Shown: positions 19,772 through 30,583, counted from the stretch's first letter. The stretch: DNA of 64,000 bases from a virus (IMGVR_UViG_3300013947_000034:21019-85018), one strand, 5' to 3'. Notes: generated by a model not told the origin, from the sequence alone. Made by a program: numbers and translations.

Positions 19772-20278
19772 TTACTTACTAGCTGGAGCATTAGCACCAT
19801 CACTAGTATTCTCTTTAGCAATAAGGAAGTCAAGAAGCTCAAGTATACCAACATTAAAATCAGTAGTAACAAAAGCTTTGATTAAATCATCTTCCTTAAT
19901 AGGAGTAATTTGAACAGCAATAACTTTCTCATCAAGTTCTTTAGTAAACTTCTGAATCTTCTTATTAGCAGCATCAAAATACTCAATTACTTCAGCACGT
20001 TGTTCATTATCAGTACGAGTAAAAGTATAATCACCACTAGATTGTTTAGCCTCTTTCTTCTGAAGTTCTTCAAGAAGTTTATTCATCTTATCATCATCTT
20101 CTGATTTAAGAGACTCTTTAGCATCTTTAATAGCATCTTCATAAGAAGTTGCAGTAGCTTTTAAACTCTTAACATTCTTCCAAATAGCAAGTACTACTTC
20201 AGCAGGAAGTTCTTTAGTCTTAATTTGCTTGAGTACATTATATGCACTAACAGCATTAATTGTTTTTACTTTAGCCAT
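19772..20278 (-). CDS. Tail-fibre-associated helical protein (possible assembly chaperone)
   Basis: 168 aa, charged helical; downstream of tail fibre cassette with its own promoter-like site. Confidence 0.4.
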   Translation of the reverse strand: MAKVKTINAVSAYNVLKQIKTKELPAEVVLAIWKNVKSLKATATSYEDAIKDAKESLKSEDDDKMNKLLEELQKKEAKQSSGDYTFTRTDNEQRAEVIEYFDAANKKIQKFTKELDEKVIAVQITPIKEDDLIKAFVTTDFNVGILELLDFLIAKENTSDGANAPASK

Positions 20279-20315
20279 TGTATTATTTATTTTACTAGTT
20301 TAATTTTGACTGGCA

Positions 20316-20323
20316 CAAATATA
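20316..20323 (-). promoter_or_regulatory. Bacteroidetes-type -7 promoter element
   Basis: TATATTTG upstream of 20278 start. Confidence 0.55.
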
Positions 20324-20396
20324 TTAATAATATATTATTATATAACTACGTTATATATATAATAATATATTTTAATATAATTGTGTCAGCGTTATA

Positions 20397-20699
20397 CTAC
20401 TCGGTTACTACTGTAACTTTGTCAGGGTCAGAATTGACAGCCTTAATAAATTCACTTACACCACTTGAAATGCTATTCATTTCATCACTATCAGTAGTCT
20501 GATAATTGATATTAAGATTATTAGTTCCGTAATAATTGAAACTAGCAACTTGATTGTTACCATCACTAGTAACACTTCCACTATCAATGTTTTCAATGTT
20601 ACCATTACGAACACGAACATCACCACTAATTGTGTGGTCACCAACAGTAGCTTCTACATGAGAAGTTACACTTACAATTTTAGTTACTTTTAAATCCAT
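20397..20699 (-). CDS. 100-aa tail-fibre-associated protein
   Basis: Beta-rich ORF with good codon usage, directly after the 427-aa gene. Confidence 0.6.
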   Translation of the reverse strand: MDLKVTKIVSVTSHVEATVGDHTISGDVRVRNGNIENIDSGSVTSDGNNQVASFNYYGTNNLNINYQTTDSDEMNSISSGVSEFIKAVNSDPDKVTVVTE

Positions 20700-20735
20700 A
20701 ATTAATTTATAATTAAATAATTAGTATATAATTTA

Positions 20736-22019
20736 TCAATTCATAATATAACTACCTCCTGGAGGAACTTGTTTCCAACTGCCATCTATATTAATTTCAA
20801 AAGACAATTCACATCTTTGTCCCCAATAACCACCTTCATAAACATTGTCAAATCTAATATATATATTAACATAACTTGTTTTATCTCCTTTAGGAATAGT
20901 TACAGAATTTATATTTTGACCAGATACATTAGAAACATAACCTCTTCCATATATTGTTTTAGTATAATTGTTATATTTACAAACACTTCTAAACAAACCA
21001 TCAGTAACAGTAAATGTATTATCAGGAATTTTATATATTGTTACTTTACAAATACAAGTACCACCGATTAATGTTTTTAATGAGGAGAAATCAACAAAAT
21101 CACTAGCACCACTTTTAATGCTTTCCATATAAATTAGTCTAGGATAATATTTAAAATAAATACTCCCAGCAGGAGATATAAAAATTATTTTTGTATTATC
21201 ATATAAATTTGCATTACGAGTATACGCTAAAAAAGGTACAATGGTAACATATTGGTCTCCACTACCTACATCAAAAGTTATTTCTTTACTTGCATATATA
21301 TAATCTGTTGGTTCTTGACAATTAGCTACATAATAATTTTTATAAATCTTATCCTTAGTATTATATGGTGAATTATAACAAATTTGAACCCAAAAAGACC
21401 ATGCTAAATATAAATCAGGTATTATATCATCCATAGTAAGATTTTTAGTATCATCAATATTTGTATTCTTATATAAGATACAGTTATATTTAATAGTTGA
21501 AGAATAATAAACTTCAATACTTCTTAAAATAGGAAGAGAGGTTAGAAACGTATTTGACTTTGCTTTATTATTATAGTTTCTAAAATCACCTAATCTATAA
21601 GGAGAATTAATACCACCTTTTGGAAAATGTTTTCCTGATACACTTGTGGTCATATTATCTTTAACATATCCAGTAGCACCGTATACATTATCTATATAAA
21701 AGGTATCACACGCTTTAATTACAAAGCCTTCTTTACCATAATTATTGTATAAATTTTTATAAGTGTCCATAGGTATATTCATACCACAACGAACAACACA
21801 ATTATAGTTATTATAAGAAGATGTTGTAGTTTCATCAGAGTCTTCTCTAATAGGATATTCTTTAAAATCTCCTTTACAATTTATAGGTTTGAATCTACTC
21901 CATATATTTATATTCTCACTCTTACACAAAGTAGCTAAATCATTACTTGATTCACCTAATGCGCTCTTAACATCATCAATACTAACAGGAGCATTAATGA
22001 TTCCATTATTATACGGCAT
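20736..22019 (-). CDS. 427-aa tail-fibre partner / candidate receptor-binding accessory protein
   Basis: Overlaps tail fibre stop by 11 nt; N-terminus APVSIDDVKSALGESSNDLATLC is of a type that follows chaperone-terminated fibres in Bacteroides phages; more AT-rich than flanks. Confidence 0.55.
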   Translation of the reverse strand: MPYNNGIINAPVSIDDVKSALGESSNDLATLCKSENINIWSRFKPINCKGDFKEYPIREDSDETTTSSYNNYNCVVRCGMNIPMDTYKNLYNNYGKEGFVIKACDTFYIDNVYGATGYVKDNMTTSVSGKHFPKGGINSPYRLGDFRNYNNKAKSNTFLTSLPILRSIEVYYSSTIKYNCILYKNTNIDDTKNLTMDDIIPDLYLAWSFWVQICYNSPYNTKDKIYKNYYVANCQEPTDYIYASKEITFDVGSGDQYVTIVPFLAYTRNANLYDNTKIIFISPAGSIYFKYYPRLIYMESIKSGASDFVDFSSLKTLIGGTCICKVTIYKIPDNTFTVTDGLFRSVCKYNNYTKTIYGRGYVSNVSGQNINSVTIPKGDKTSYVNIYIRFDNVYEGGYWGQRCELSFEINIDGSWKQVPPGGSYIMN

Positions 22020-25000
22020 ATCTTTTATTCTTTAAAAGTTCAACTTCATTTTCTAATTCTCTAACTCTAGCTTTAAGTTTTGTAACTTCATCATCAACTT
22101 CAGTTATAGCACCAAAAGCAAGACTAATAAGTTTAGGATGCCAATAATTAATCTTTAGATAATCATTAGAATCTCTAGTAACTATATCGTTAATTAATGG
22201 ATTATTGACTCGTTGAGCAATAAAACCAATACTATGTTTACCTGTGCGAATATAATCAAATTCATAAGTTCCACCAATAGACTTAATAACATTTAAACAA
22301 TTAAGTTTAGTAACATTACGTTTAAGCCTAATATCAGAAGTTTGATATGCTGTTATACCTCCAGTAGCAAGAATGTTACCACTAGCTGTAATACTAGAAG
22401 TAAGTAAACTACTTATACCAGCTCTAAGATTAATAGTGCCGCCACTTTGAGCAGAGTTGGCATTAAAGATGGTTCCATCAGCAATACCAAGATAAATAGT
22501 CTTACTACTATGAGTATATTTAAGACCTGCCCATTGATTCCAATCCCAATTAATAGGACCAAATCGAATAGTACCATTACTAGAACTATTAATAATAAGT
22601 TGATTTGCTAAACCACTAATAGGAGTACCATTAATAGTAATTCCATTATTATCTTTAGTAGTACTAATTGTAGAACTTGCAGATATAGTACTAGCTCCAC
22701 TTAATGCTCCACTAATATTACCAGTTCCATCAAAACTTTGCCCCCAAATAGTTCTAGCAGTTTGAAGCTTAGCAGCACTACTCGAATTACCATCACATCT
22801 TGCACTAATATTTGAATAGTTTACAATACAACTATCAGACCCAACAGTTGTACCTTGATATGGGACATTATATAATTTAGTAGCCGCATCAGACAAACTT
22901 GTATAAGCTTCAACATCATGAGTTGAGTTAATTAATTTAAAATTATTATTTATTGAACCACGACTATCTTGTATAGCACGAATTACAGTTCCTTGATAAG
23001 CGCCAGGAGTTTTAATAAATACATCAACGTAAGCTTTTTTTAGATGAATATAATATCCAGCTTGAATCGAATCTGTTGAATAACCTTTACGTACTAACCA
23101 GTGTAAAGCAACACCTCCTCCTGCTGTATCACTATTATTTATATCATTAGTTCTAAATTCTACCCTACATAAACCAAACCATCCACTAATATAACCTTGA
23201 CTAATATAAAGTAGAAGAGCGTTATCATTGTAACTGTAATTAGCATCGACATGAGCAATACGTTTAAATGGTTTAGGGTTGGTATCGCCTAAATTAATAG
23301 TACAGAAATTAATTGCTCCATTTAAAGATACATTTCCTGCACCATCAAAATTAACATTTCCAACAAAATCCTTACCAGCTATAGATATGTTTCTAGCATT
23401 AGTGAGTTTGGTAGCAGAATAAACTTGCATATTACTAACAGTTTTAGTAGTTCCACCAACTGTTAAACTAATACCATTATTAGAATTAGATAATGCAGTA
23501 AGAAGACCATTAGCGTGAATACCGTCAAGTTTATCAGCGTTGGTTGCGGTAGCAGCATTACCACTAATACTAGCACTACTTGTTATATATCCAGCTCCAT
23601 TAGTTAATTGATTAGTGTTATTTGGTATAACAAAACTTTTATTACTAGAACCATCATAAGAACCTGAATTATAACCACTCCAAGATAATGAATAAGGTGA
23701 TTTAAGAGAAGTAGGAATTTCAGAAGTTAGCGCAAGAGTACCAGTTCTAGCAGGAAGGAATACAGCGTTACTATTATCTCCTTGTGCTTGAATTCTAACA
23801 GAGTAATCAACATTAGCAGTATTACTACAATGAAAATCTATATATTTACCTATTTCAATAACACCATCAATTCCTATTTGAGGTATTTTACCAAACATGT
23901 TTACATTACCAGAACTACCTAAAAAAACAACACTCTTATCAACTTTATTACTTAGTTTACTATCAACATCACTCTTAGTATAATAATTACTCAAACTTTG
24001 GTGAGATGTAAGAAACGTTGTACCTTTAGTTACAGTTATTGTACTACCTGATTTGCTAACACTTGTAACAGCATTACCAGTTCCAGTAGTAGTAACCGTT
24101 TGCGCACAATTAGCTAGACTTTGATGACTAGTTAAATAAGTTCCTAAATCGACAGCAGTTCCTCCACTAGCTGCAATAGTTTTAGTAGCACCATTAATTT
24201 TTACACTATGAGTATGTCCACTAGAAGCATAACTGCCAGCAGGTTGATAACTGCCTTTTGCTTGATACACACTATCAAGTTTAGATTTTATATAATTATA
24301 TATAGAAACAGCTTTACGCTTATGAGGTACATTGACAGCATTAGTATCAGCAAAACCTTTATCACTAGCACAACTAGTAATAAATTGAGTACCATCAGTT
24401 ATATCTGCGTTTCCAGTTGCAAGAGTAGCAACAAGGTCAGTAAACGATTGATGTTTAGTTAGATAACCGCTATCGTTAGTAAATGCACTAACTTTAGTAG
24501 GTCTATCTGTAATGTCTGTCCATTTGTGAGTATGAGCACTAGGAGTAAATGTACTAGGTTTGCCAGTAATATTATTCCAACTTAAACTAAGTCCACTAAG
24601 TTCATCACCAATATTATTAACTCTAGATGTAAGAGAAGCAATACTATTATTGAGTGCTGCAACAGAATAGGCAGAAGCAATCTTACTTAAATCTTCAGTA
24701 GTAAGTTTAATAGCGTTATCATAAGCAATTATGCTTCCGTTAAGTCCACCTCCACCCCCGGTAGAAGGTGTATATGTACCGTAAGCAGATATACCTCCAC
24801 TTACTCCAACATTAGCGACATCTTTAGTATTTACATTAGTTATCTCAAGAACATTATCTCCTTTATTTTTAAGAAGTATATTACCAATTTGAATTTGACC
24901 TCCGTTAGTCGTGTTACCAACATATAAACCAGTAGGAAGATTAGAACTAGCTTCAGTACCCCCTTGAGGAAGAATCTCAAGTCTACTAAAAACTTTCTTA

Positions 25001-28000
25001 GGAGTTATATAATCAATATCATTAAAATTACTACTACCAGTTACTCCATAATGTAAATAGAACAATCTAGTATAACTGAACATAGTAGCAAAACTAGTAC
25101 CTTGAAGAATAAAACTATTAGGGTCACCATGAAGAACTCCATCAGTTCCCCAATAAATAGCTCCACTAGCAAGATAACCACTACCGTCATGACGAAATAA
25201 ACTTCTAGCATAATCTGTACCAGCAACTTTGTTAGCAAGTTGCTCACTAGTAAAAGTATTACGGTCAATCATAGGTCCACCATACCAAGCAGCAATAGCA
25301 GTTTTATCTCCTGCGACAATACCATTTATACCAGCAGTAATACTACTATCAGTATCTTTAAGTTGAATAGCACTAGTAAGAACTAAACCGCCTGTAACTT
25401 CCGTAGTTTGGTTAAGAGCTTCTTTAAGGTATTTATAAGTACTTAAATCAGTACCAAGACTGCTAAGTATATCAGCTTGACAAGCAGCAAGATATTGCTT
25501 AACTTCTTTAAGCCTAAGCTGAAGACTATTATAAAGTGTGTTGGCAGTAGCTATATTGCTCTTATTAATAGCAGCACTACCAGCAATAAGTTTATCAATT
25601 AAAGTTTTGTATTCAGTCCAAGCTGTACTCATACCAGTTTGAGCTTCAGTTAACTTACCAACATTAGCATTATTTTTAAGATAAGTAGAAGCAGTAACAC
25701 TCTTAATTTGGTCATTAGCAGCAGCAACCTCATTACTAGCTTGAGCTAACAAATCAGTAAGTCTAGCTTTCTCAGAAGAATCAAGAATACCATCTTTAGT
25801 AAAACTATTAAACTTATCATCAAGACCAGGAAGTGTACTAGCACTAATATTATTAATCTTATTATTAACTTGAGCAATACTATCAGCTAACTCAGTAGGA
25901 CCAATATAACGAACTTTCTTAATCCAATGTTTTTCATTGAATGCAGTACCATCAGCAGTAGCAGTAAGTAAGTCGCCTTTGTAATATTGAGTTCCGTTAA
26001 TTACAGCAGCAGCAGGAAGAATCCAAAGGTCACGTTCTTTATAACCTTTAGATATAACACCTTTACCAGCTTTAGCATCATTATAAGAATCAACAAATAT
26101 AGAAGACTTACCATCAATAGTATCAAATACATCTTTAGGAATATCCATTTGCTCCCAGCTAGTACCATTCCAATAATTAGTAGTACCAGTATTTGTATTA
26201 TACCAAATATCTCCTTCATGATTAGACTTGTCTGTCCATGATGTACTAGGGTCTGTATCTTGATACCAAGTTTCAGCTTTGCCATCAAGTTGACCTTGAA
26301 TACCTTCAAGTTCTTTATTAACAGCATTGCTAAAGTCAGCTAAATCTTTATCATTAGACTTAACCCAATTAGTACCATCGTAAACCCAAGTCTCAGTTTT
26401 ATCATTAACTTGTTTAAGCCAAAGGTCACCTTTATCATAAGGTTTAGAAGGAGTAGTGCTAGAATAAAATATACGACGCTTACTATCAGCTAAATCGTTA
26501 GCAGCTTTAGCATCATCTTTTGCGGCTCCAGCAGCAACAGCAGCATCTTCGGCAGCTTTAGTAGCATCACTAGCTGCTTTCATAGACTTATCAAAGTCTG
26601 CATCTTTAATCTCAACCCAAGCAGTACCAGTCCAACGATAAGAATGATTATTCTTAATATCATAGAATATATCACCAACATGTTCATTACGAAGAGCGTC
26701 AGTATTCCATTGATTGGCAGGAATATTGCTTACAGTAGGAGCATATTCATAAAACCAAACAGTAACACTCTCATCTTTCTGTTGTTTAACAGTATCGACA
26801 AGATTACTAAACTTAGTTTCATAATTATTTTGCCAAGTAAGTATATCAGCAATAGCTTCAGAATAACGAGAAGCTAAAACCCAATGGTCAGCGTTAAATG
26901 TTTCACTTGCTGTAGTAGCACGAGCAATATCGTTATTAAACTTACCAGCAAGAGTAGCATTAACCCACATGTCACCAACATGATAATTAGTTGGAGGAGT
27001 ACTACCATAAAAGATTTTCATCTTACTATCAGCAGTAGCCTGAGCTTTAGCAGCAGCATCAAGAGCTTTAGTTATATCAGTATCTGTAATTCTGCTCCAA
27101 CGATAAGGATTAGCATCATCATCATAACGAGTAAAACGATAAGCATAACCGGTAAGTCTATCATAATACAAATCGCCTACATGAATATCTTTAGTATTCT
27201 TATCAGTCCAATTCTTAGCAGGCTCGTTAGTTAATGTTGGAGCACCGTCATAGAACCAAGTTTCAATAGCACCATCGGTTTGTTTCTGAAGGTCTTTAAT
27301 AACTTGACTATTATTAATAATACTAATTACAGTAGCTTCATCAACTCCAGCATTATCTTTAATATATTGATTAAGGTCTTTGCCTCCAATACTAGAACCT
27401 ATTTCGAGGTCAGCTTTAATACTAACCTTACCATTTTTATATTTAACATAAGTAGTAGGATTAATACCTCTATCTCCAATATACATATCACCATATACAT
27501 TAAAGAAAGCTTTACCTTGATAAACGCCATATTCAACATACTCTTTATTCAAAAGAGTAAAGTCGTTAATTCCACCATAAAGAGAAATACTTGGCGCAAA
27601 ATTATCAACAGCATTAATAACAATAGCAGATTGACGTTGAGCATCATTCCCACGATAACCAAGTTGATTAAGAACATCGCCTGGAGCAGGAGCATCAGAG
27701 CCAGCATCAAATACTAGTTGACTCAAATCAATATAATGATATTTCTTATTATCTATAGTTACAGTTTCAGTACTAACGCCAACAACAAGTCGCCAAAGAT
27801 AATGATTACCTGCCTTATGATAAGTTCCTTTCTTAACATTAAAAGATTTAGCTTGAGCTTGGTCTCCAACTTTCCACTTATTGTCTATCTCTTCACCATC
27901 TTGTTCGCCAAGAAAATAGCAACGATAAACATTCTGTTCAACATCATCTATAGTAACTTTCTTATCGTCTACATAAGCAACTTTAACGCTACCAGCAGGA

Positions 28001-28620
28001 GAAACAATAAGTTTACCACCAATAGTATCAACATCAAGTATTTGAAGAGTTTCAAATATAGCTTTAAGACGAACATAAAGATAATCTGTAGTAAGATAAC
28101 TCTTACCGTTCTTATCTATAGACCAAGTACCACCAGTATAAGCAGTTGGCTTTCCGATAGTAAGACCATTGACAAAATTATAAATACCATTAATAGTCTC
28201 ATCATTCATCTTCTTAGGATAAAGAATATCACTCTTTAAAGCTGAATAAACATTACTATTAGAAGGAGATTTATCACTAGTAGTAGTTATAATATCAAAG
28301 CCTTTACTATAACCGCCACCAATAACACCATTATCAAGACGACTAACAATGTCTTGGTTAATTTGTGCTTGAGAAAGTCGATAAGCATAATCCCACCAAT
28401 TAGTAGTAGATTCAAACAGTCCATCAGTGACAATTTGATAAATCTCACTAATAGTTGGTTTACGAGTATTATCAACTTCGTCAATAGCAGCTTTACCACT
28501 AAGAGTTTCGTCGACTTCATTAACTGAAGCGGTAGTGATCTTAGCATTAACAACTACATCTTTACTTTCTCGAGAAGGACTGTTGCCGTCTATCTCATTA
28601 ATTGTTGGAATTTTACTCAT
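22009..28620 (-). CDS. Long tail fibre/spike (2203 aa) with C-terminal S74-type intramolecular chaperone
   Basis: C-terminal TSDIRLKRNV...GFIAQ...coiled coil is the peptidase S74 signature; HxH and HQS repeats; three W-F-Y/H-x-G-D repeats; Gly linker. Confidence 0.85.
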   Translation of the reverse strand: MSKIPTINEIDGNSPSRESKDVVVNAKITTASVNEVDETLSGKAAIDEVDNTRKPTISEIYQIVTDGLFESTTNWWDYAYRLSQAQINQDIVSRLDNGVIGGGYSKGFDIITTTSDKSPSNSNVYSALKSDILYPKKMNDETINGIYNFVNGLTIGKPTAYTGGTWSIDKNGKSYLTTDYLYVRLKAIFETLQILDVDTIGGKLIVSPAGSVKVAYVDDKKVTIDDVEQNVYRCYFLGEQDGEEIDNKWKVGDQAQAKSFNVKKGTYHKAGNHYLWRLVVGVSTETVTIDNKKYHYIDLSQLVFDAGSDAPAPGDVLNQLGYRGNDAQRQSAIVINAVDNFAPSISLYGGINDFTLLNKEYVEYGVYQGKAFFNVYGDMYIGDRGINPTTYVKYKNGKVSIKADLEIGSSIGGKDLNQYIKDNAGVDEATVISIINNSQVIKDLQKQTDGAIETWFYDGAPTLTNEPAKNWTDKNTKDIHVGDLYYDRLTGYAYRFTRYDDDANPYRWSRITDTDITKALDAAAKAQATADSKMKIFYGSTPPTNYHVGDMWVNATLAGKFNNDIARATTASETFNADHWVLASRYSEAIADILTWQNNYETKFSNLVDTVKQQKDESVTVWFYEYAPTVSNIPANQWNTDALRNEHVGDIFYDIKNNHSYRWTGTAWVEIKDADFDKSMKAASDATKAAEDAAVAAGAAKDDAKAANDLADSKRRIFYSSTTPSKPYDKGDLWLKQVNDKTETWVYDGTNWVKSNDKDLADFSNAVNKELEGIQGQLDGKAETWYQDTDPSTSWTDKSNHEGDIWYNTNTGTTNYWNGTSWEQMDIPKDVFDTIDGKSSIFVDSYNDAKAGKGVISKGYKERDLWILPAAAVINGTQYYKGDLLTATADGTAFNEKHWIKKVRYIGPTELADSIAQVNNKINNISASTLPGLDDKFNSFTKDGILDSSEKARLTDLLAQASNEVAAANDQIKSVTASTYLKNNANVGKLTEAQTGMSTAWTEYKTLIDKLIAGSAAINKSNIATANTLYNSLQLRLKEVKQYLAACQADILSSLGTDLSTYKYLKEALNQTTEVTGGLVLTSAIQLKDTDSSITAGINGIVAGDKTAIAAWYGGPMIDRNTFTSEQLANKVAGTDYARSLFRHDGSGYLASGAIYWGTDGVLHGDPNSFILQGTSFATMFSYTRLFYLHYGVTGSSNFNDIDYITPKKVFSRLEILPQGGTEASSNLPTGLYVGNTTNGGQIQIGNILLKNKGDNVLEITNVNTKDVANVGVSGGISAYGTYTPSTGGGGGLNGSIIAYDNAIKLTTEDLSKIASAYSVAALNNSIASLTSRVNNIGDELSGLSLSWNNITGKPSTFTPSAHTHKWTDITDRPTKVSAFTNDSGYLTKHQSFTDLVATLATGNADITDGTQFITSCASDKGFADTNAVNVPHKRKAVSIYNYIKSKLDSVYQAKGSYQPAGSYASSGHTHSVKINGATKTIAASGGTAVDLGTYLTSHQSLANCAQTVTTTGTGNAVTSVSKSGSTITVTKGTTFLTSHQSLSNYYTKSDVDSKLSNKVDKSVVFLGSSGNVNMFGKIPQIGIDGVIEIGKYIDFHCSNTANVDYSVRIQAQGDNSNAVFLPARTGTLALTSEIPTSLKSPYSLSWSGYNSGSYDGSSNKSFVIPNNTNQLTNGAGYITSSASISGNAATATNADKLDGIHANGLLTALSNSNNGISLTVGGTTKTVSNMQVYSATKLTNARNISIAGKDFVGNVNFDGAGNVSLNGAINFCTINLGDTNPKPFKRIAHVDANYSYNDNALLLYISQGYISGWFGLCRVEFRTNDINNSDTAGGGVALHWLVRKGYSTDSIQAGYYIHLKKAYVDVFIKTPGAYQGTVIRAIQDSRGSINNNFKLINSTHDVEAYTSLSDAATKLYNVPYQGTTVGSDSCIVNYSNISARCDGNSSSAAKLQTARTIWGQSFDGTGNISGALSGASTISASSTISTTKDNNGITINGTPISGLANQLIINSSSNGTIRFGPINWDWNQWAGLKYTHSSKTIYLGIADGTIFNANSAQSGGTINLRAGISSLLTSSITASGNILATGGITAYQTSDIRLKRNVTKLNCLNVIKSIGGTYEFDYIRTGKHSIGFIAQRVNNPLINDIVTRDSNDYLKINYWHPKLISLAFGAITEVDDEVTKLKARVRELENEVELLKNKRYAV
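24752..24771 (-). repeat. 20-bp motif copy 8 (tail fibre linker, TPSTGGG)
   Basis: ACACCTTCTACCGGGGGTGG. Confidence 0.75.
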
Positions 28621-28785
28621 ATAATTATTATTTGAAAAATAAAAGGAGCAGGACTTCTAGGACTTAATACATTAGCAACTTAAACACCAATTTAATTAAT
28701 ATTCTTGTTAACTGTTTGCCTGCTCCTTATTCGTTTATTACTTAGTTCTTTTTGATTGAAATATCAACACAGATACACATTCTTT

Positions 28786-28862
28786 GCGTTCTGAGACGTT
28801 TTAATACCTAGTCATGATAAGTTATTCACGAGATACCCAAAAGTCGCTTACATCGAAAATTT
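28786..28862. repeat. Composite element, intergenic copy
   Basis: CTGAGACGTTTTAA, TGATAAGTTATTCAC (28815-28829), TCGCTTACATCGAAAATTT. Confidence 0.7.
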
Positions 28863-28915
28863 GATACTAAAATAAAATCTTAAATTTAGTATTAGTCGTT
28901 GTATTATACGTTAAA

Positions 28916-28944
28916 CCCCCAAGACTAATCTCTAGTCTCAGGGG
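28916..28944 (-). terminator. Terminator-like hairpin after head fibre gene
   Basis: CCCC-AGACTA-loop-TAGTCT-GGGG, short T run. Confidence 0.5.
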
Positions 28945-28985
28945 TCACGGACACACATTTCAGCATCGCAGAAAGCAAGAGTATC

Positions 28986-29705
28986 TTAAAGCTGAATAAT
29001 ACCAGCAGTTCTCATCTGAGCTAGAAGAGTATTAATAACACCAGCAAGACTTGCAATAGTTGCTGATTCAGCATCAATGTCAGCAATATTAGTTATAGCT
29101 TTAACACCACCAATAGCTTCTTTTGTAGCTTTAGGTAAAGTATAACTTATAGGAGCACTAATAGTAAACTCACTTTGCTTAGTAACCGCTCCATCTTTGG
29201 CGATCTTATAAATTACAGCATGACCTTCATCAGTTGTGACAAAACTGTTACCTCCATCAGTAGGCAACCAACTGGCAGTACCAAAACCATAATTAATACT
29301 AGCAAAGAAAGTATGTTGAGTATCACCAAGTTTAGCAAGATTTGCAGCTTTAATTTCATTACTATCTCCAATAGTCAGCTCGATAATAGGAGAAGGAATA
29401 TTAAGATTATCAACTTTATCAGTTAAAGTTTTAACCTTGCCATCGACTTGTTTATATAAATCAGCATTAGTACTAATATTTTTACTATTAGTTGTCACTT
29501 TAGTATTAATCTCTTCTATATTAGATTTGATTGTAGTAACATCAGTACTAACAGCACCAACTTCTTTATCAATATTGTCAACTTTAGTTTCAAGCTCTTG
29601 CATACCATCACCAGCTCCTTCGTTAAGAGCTTCTTTGATAATATTACGATGGTCTAGTGAAATACCAAGAGCATCAACCGCAGCATTAATCTTTACTTTG
29701 TCCAT
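28986..29705 (-). CDS. Head fibre protein
   Basis: Coiled coil then C-terminal LPKATKEAIGGVK...INTLLAQMRTAGII, a head-fibre trimerisation motif. Confidence 0.7.
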   Translation of the reverse strand: MDKVKINAAVDALGISLDHRNIIKEALNEGAGDGMQELETKVDNIDKEVGAVSTDVTTIKSNIEEINTKVTTNSKNISTNADLYKQVDGKVKTLTDKVDNLNIPSPIIELTIGDSNEIKAANLAKLGDTQHTFFASINYGFGTASWLPTDGGNSFVTTDEGHAVIYKIAKDGAVTKQSEFTISAPISYTLPKATKEAIGGVKAITNIADIDAESATIASLAGVINTLLAQMRTAGIIQL

Positions 29706-30030
29706 AACTATTAATTGTTTTATCTATATCTTTATAATCATAACCAAACTTTCTAAGTGTTGGTTTAAATATCCAACTCCAACTTAGAGGAGCAAGTATC
29801 GCACTATTGATTAAAACTTTGCCGTCAATAGTTCCCCAAGTTCTATAAGCAATACCTATAATAATAATACTAAAAATAAGTATTACTCTTTTCCATCCTC
29901 TACCTATTTGCTTATTGATTACAGCACTAATTGTAGTAATAAGAAAATAAGTAAGAGTATTAACAGCAAAACAATAAGCTATATCGAATCCATTTATTAC
30001 TTGCTGTATCATTTGATTTATTAGTTCCAT
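29686..30030 (-). CDS. Holin-like membrane protein
   Basis: ATG at 30030 preferred over TTG 30054, which overlaps the promoter; 2-3 hydrophobic segments and charged C-tail. Confidence 0.45.
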   Translation of the reverse strand: MELINQMIQQVINGFDIAYCFAVNTLTYFLITTISAVINKQIGRGWKRVILIFSIIIIGIAYRTWGTIDGKVLINSAILAPLSWSWIFKPTLRKFGYDYKDIDKTINSYGQSKD

Positions 30031-30051
30031 AACCTTATTCTTTAATGATTG

Positions 30052-30059
30052 CAAATATA
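30052..30059 (-). promoter_or_regulatory. Bacteroidetes-type -7 promoter element
   Basis: TATATTTG upstream of 30030 start. Confidence 0.6.
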
Positions 30060-30109
30060 GTTTATTAGCATCTTTATTAGTATTAACTACAGGATATTTA
30101 ACAAAATAA

Positions 30110-30143
30110 AAGTAGCCAACAGTTACAACACTATCAGCTACTT
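30110..30143 (-). terminator. Intrinsic terminator closing accessory operon
   Basis: 13-bp stem with GU pairs followed by TTTATTTT. Confidence 0.7.
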
Positions 30144-30160
30144 AATTAAGACTACTACTG

Positions 30161-30583
30161 TTATCTACACTCATACCAATCAATTTGAATACCTTTACGA
30201 CACATATCTGCATACCAACGATTAAAAGCTATTCCATCATAGCCATCAACATCGTCTATAACATCTTTCACATACATACAAAGATGTTCTTCATCTGGAA
30301 CACTACTACCAAGATAATCAGCTTTACACATATTAGCAACAAATACTGCATCGTAAGAAGCATCATTATTAGTTAAATGTATTCCACATTGTTTCATCAT
30401 AGTTTCTAGTTTCTCTTTTGTAATTGGCTCTAGAGCAACTTCTGTACCATTATTGTCTCTAGTGGTCATTTTACTAACCGCAAAATCAACTAGTTTACGA
30501 TTAAAATGCCTACCATTATAACGAAGATAAACAATCATATCTTCAGGTAATTCATCATAAGTATCAAAAGCTTCTTTATACAT
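30161..30583 (-). CDS. Conserved hypothetical protein of accessory operon
   Basis: ATG at 30583 (MYKEAFDTY); the longer track start at 30634 lies inside the repeat doublet. Confidence 0.65.
   Translation of the reverse strand: MYKEAFDTYDELPEDMIVYLRYNGRHFNRKLVDFAVSKMTTRDNNGTEVALEPITKEKLETMMKQCGIHLTNNDASYDAVFVANMCKADYLGSSVPDEEHLCMYVKDVIDDVDGYDGIAFNRWYADMCRKGIQIDWYECR

Noticed and set aside
20736-28620. Diversity-generating retroelement or invertible tail-fibre locus
   Set aside because: No reverse transcriptase, template/variable repeat pair or recombinase seen
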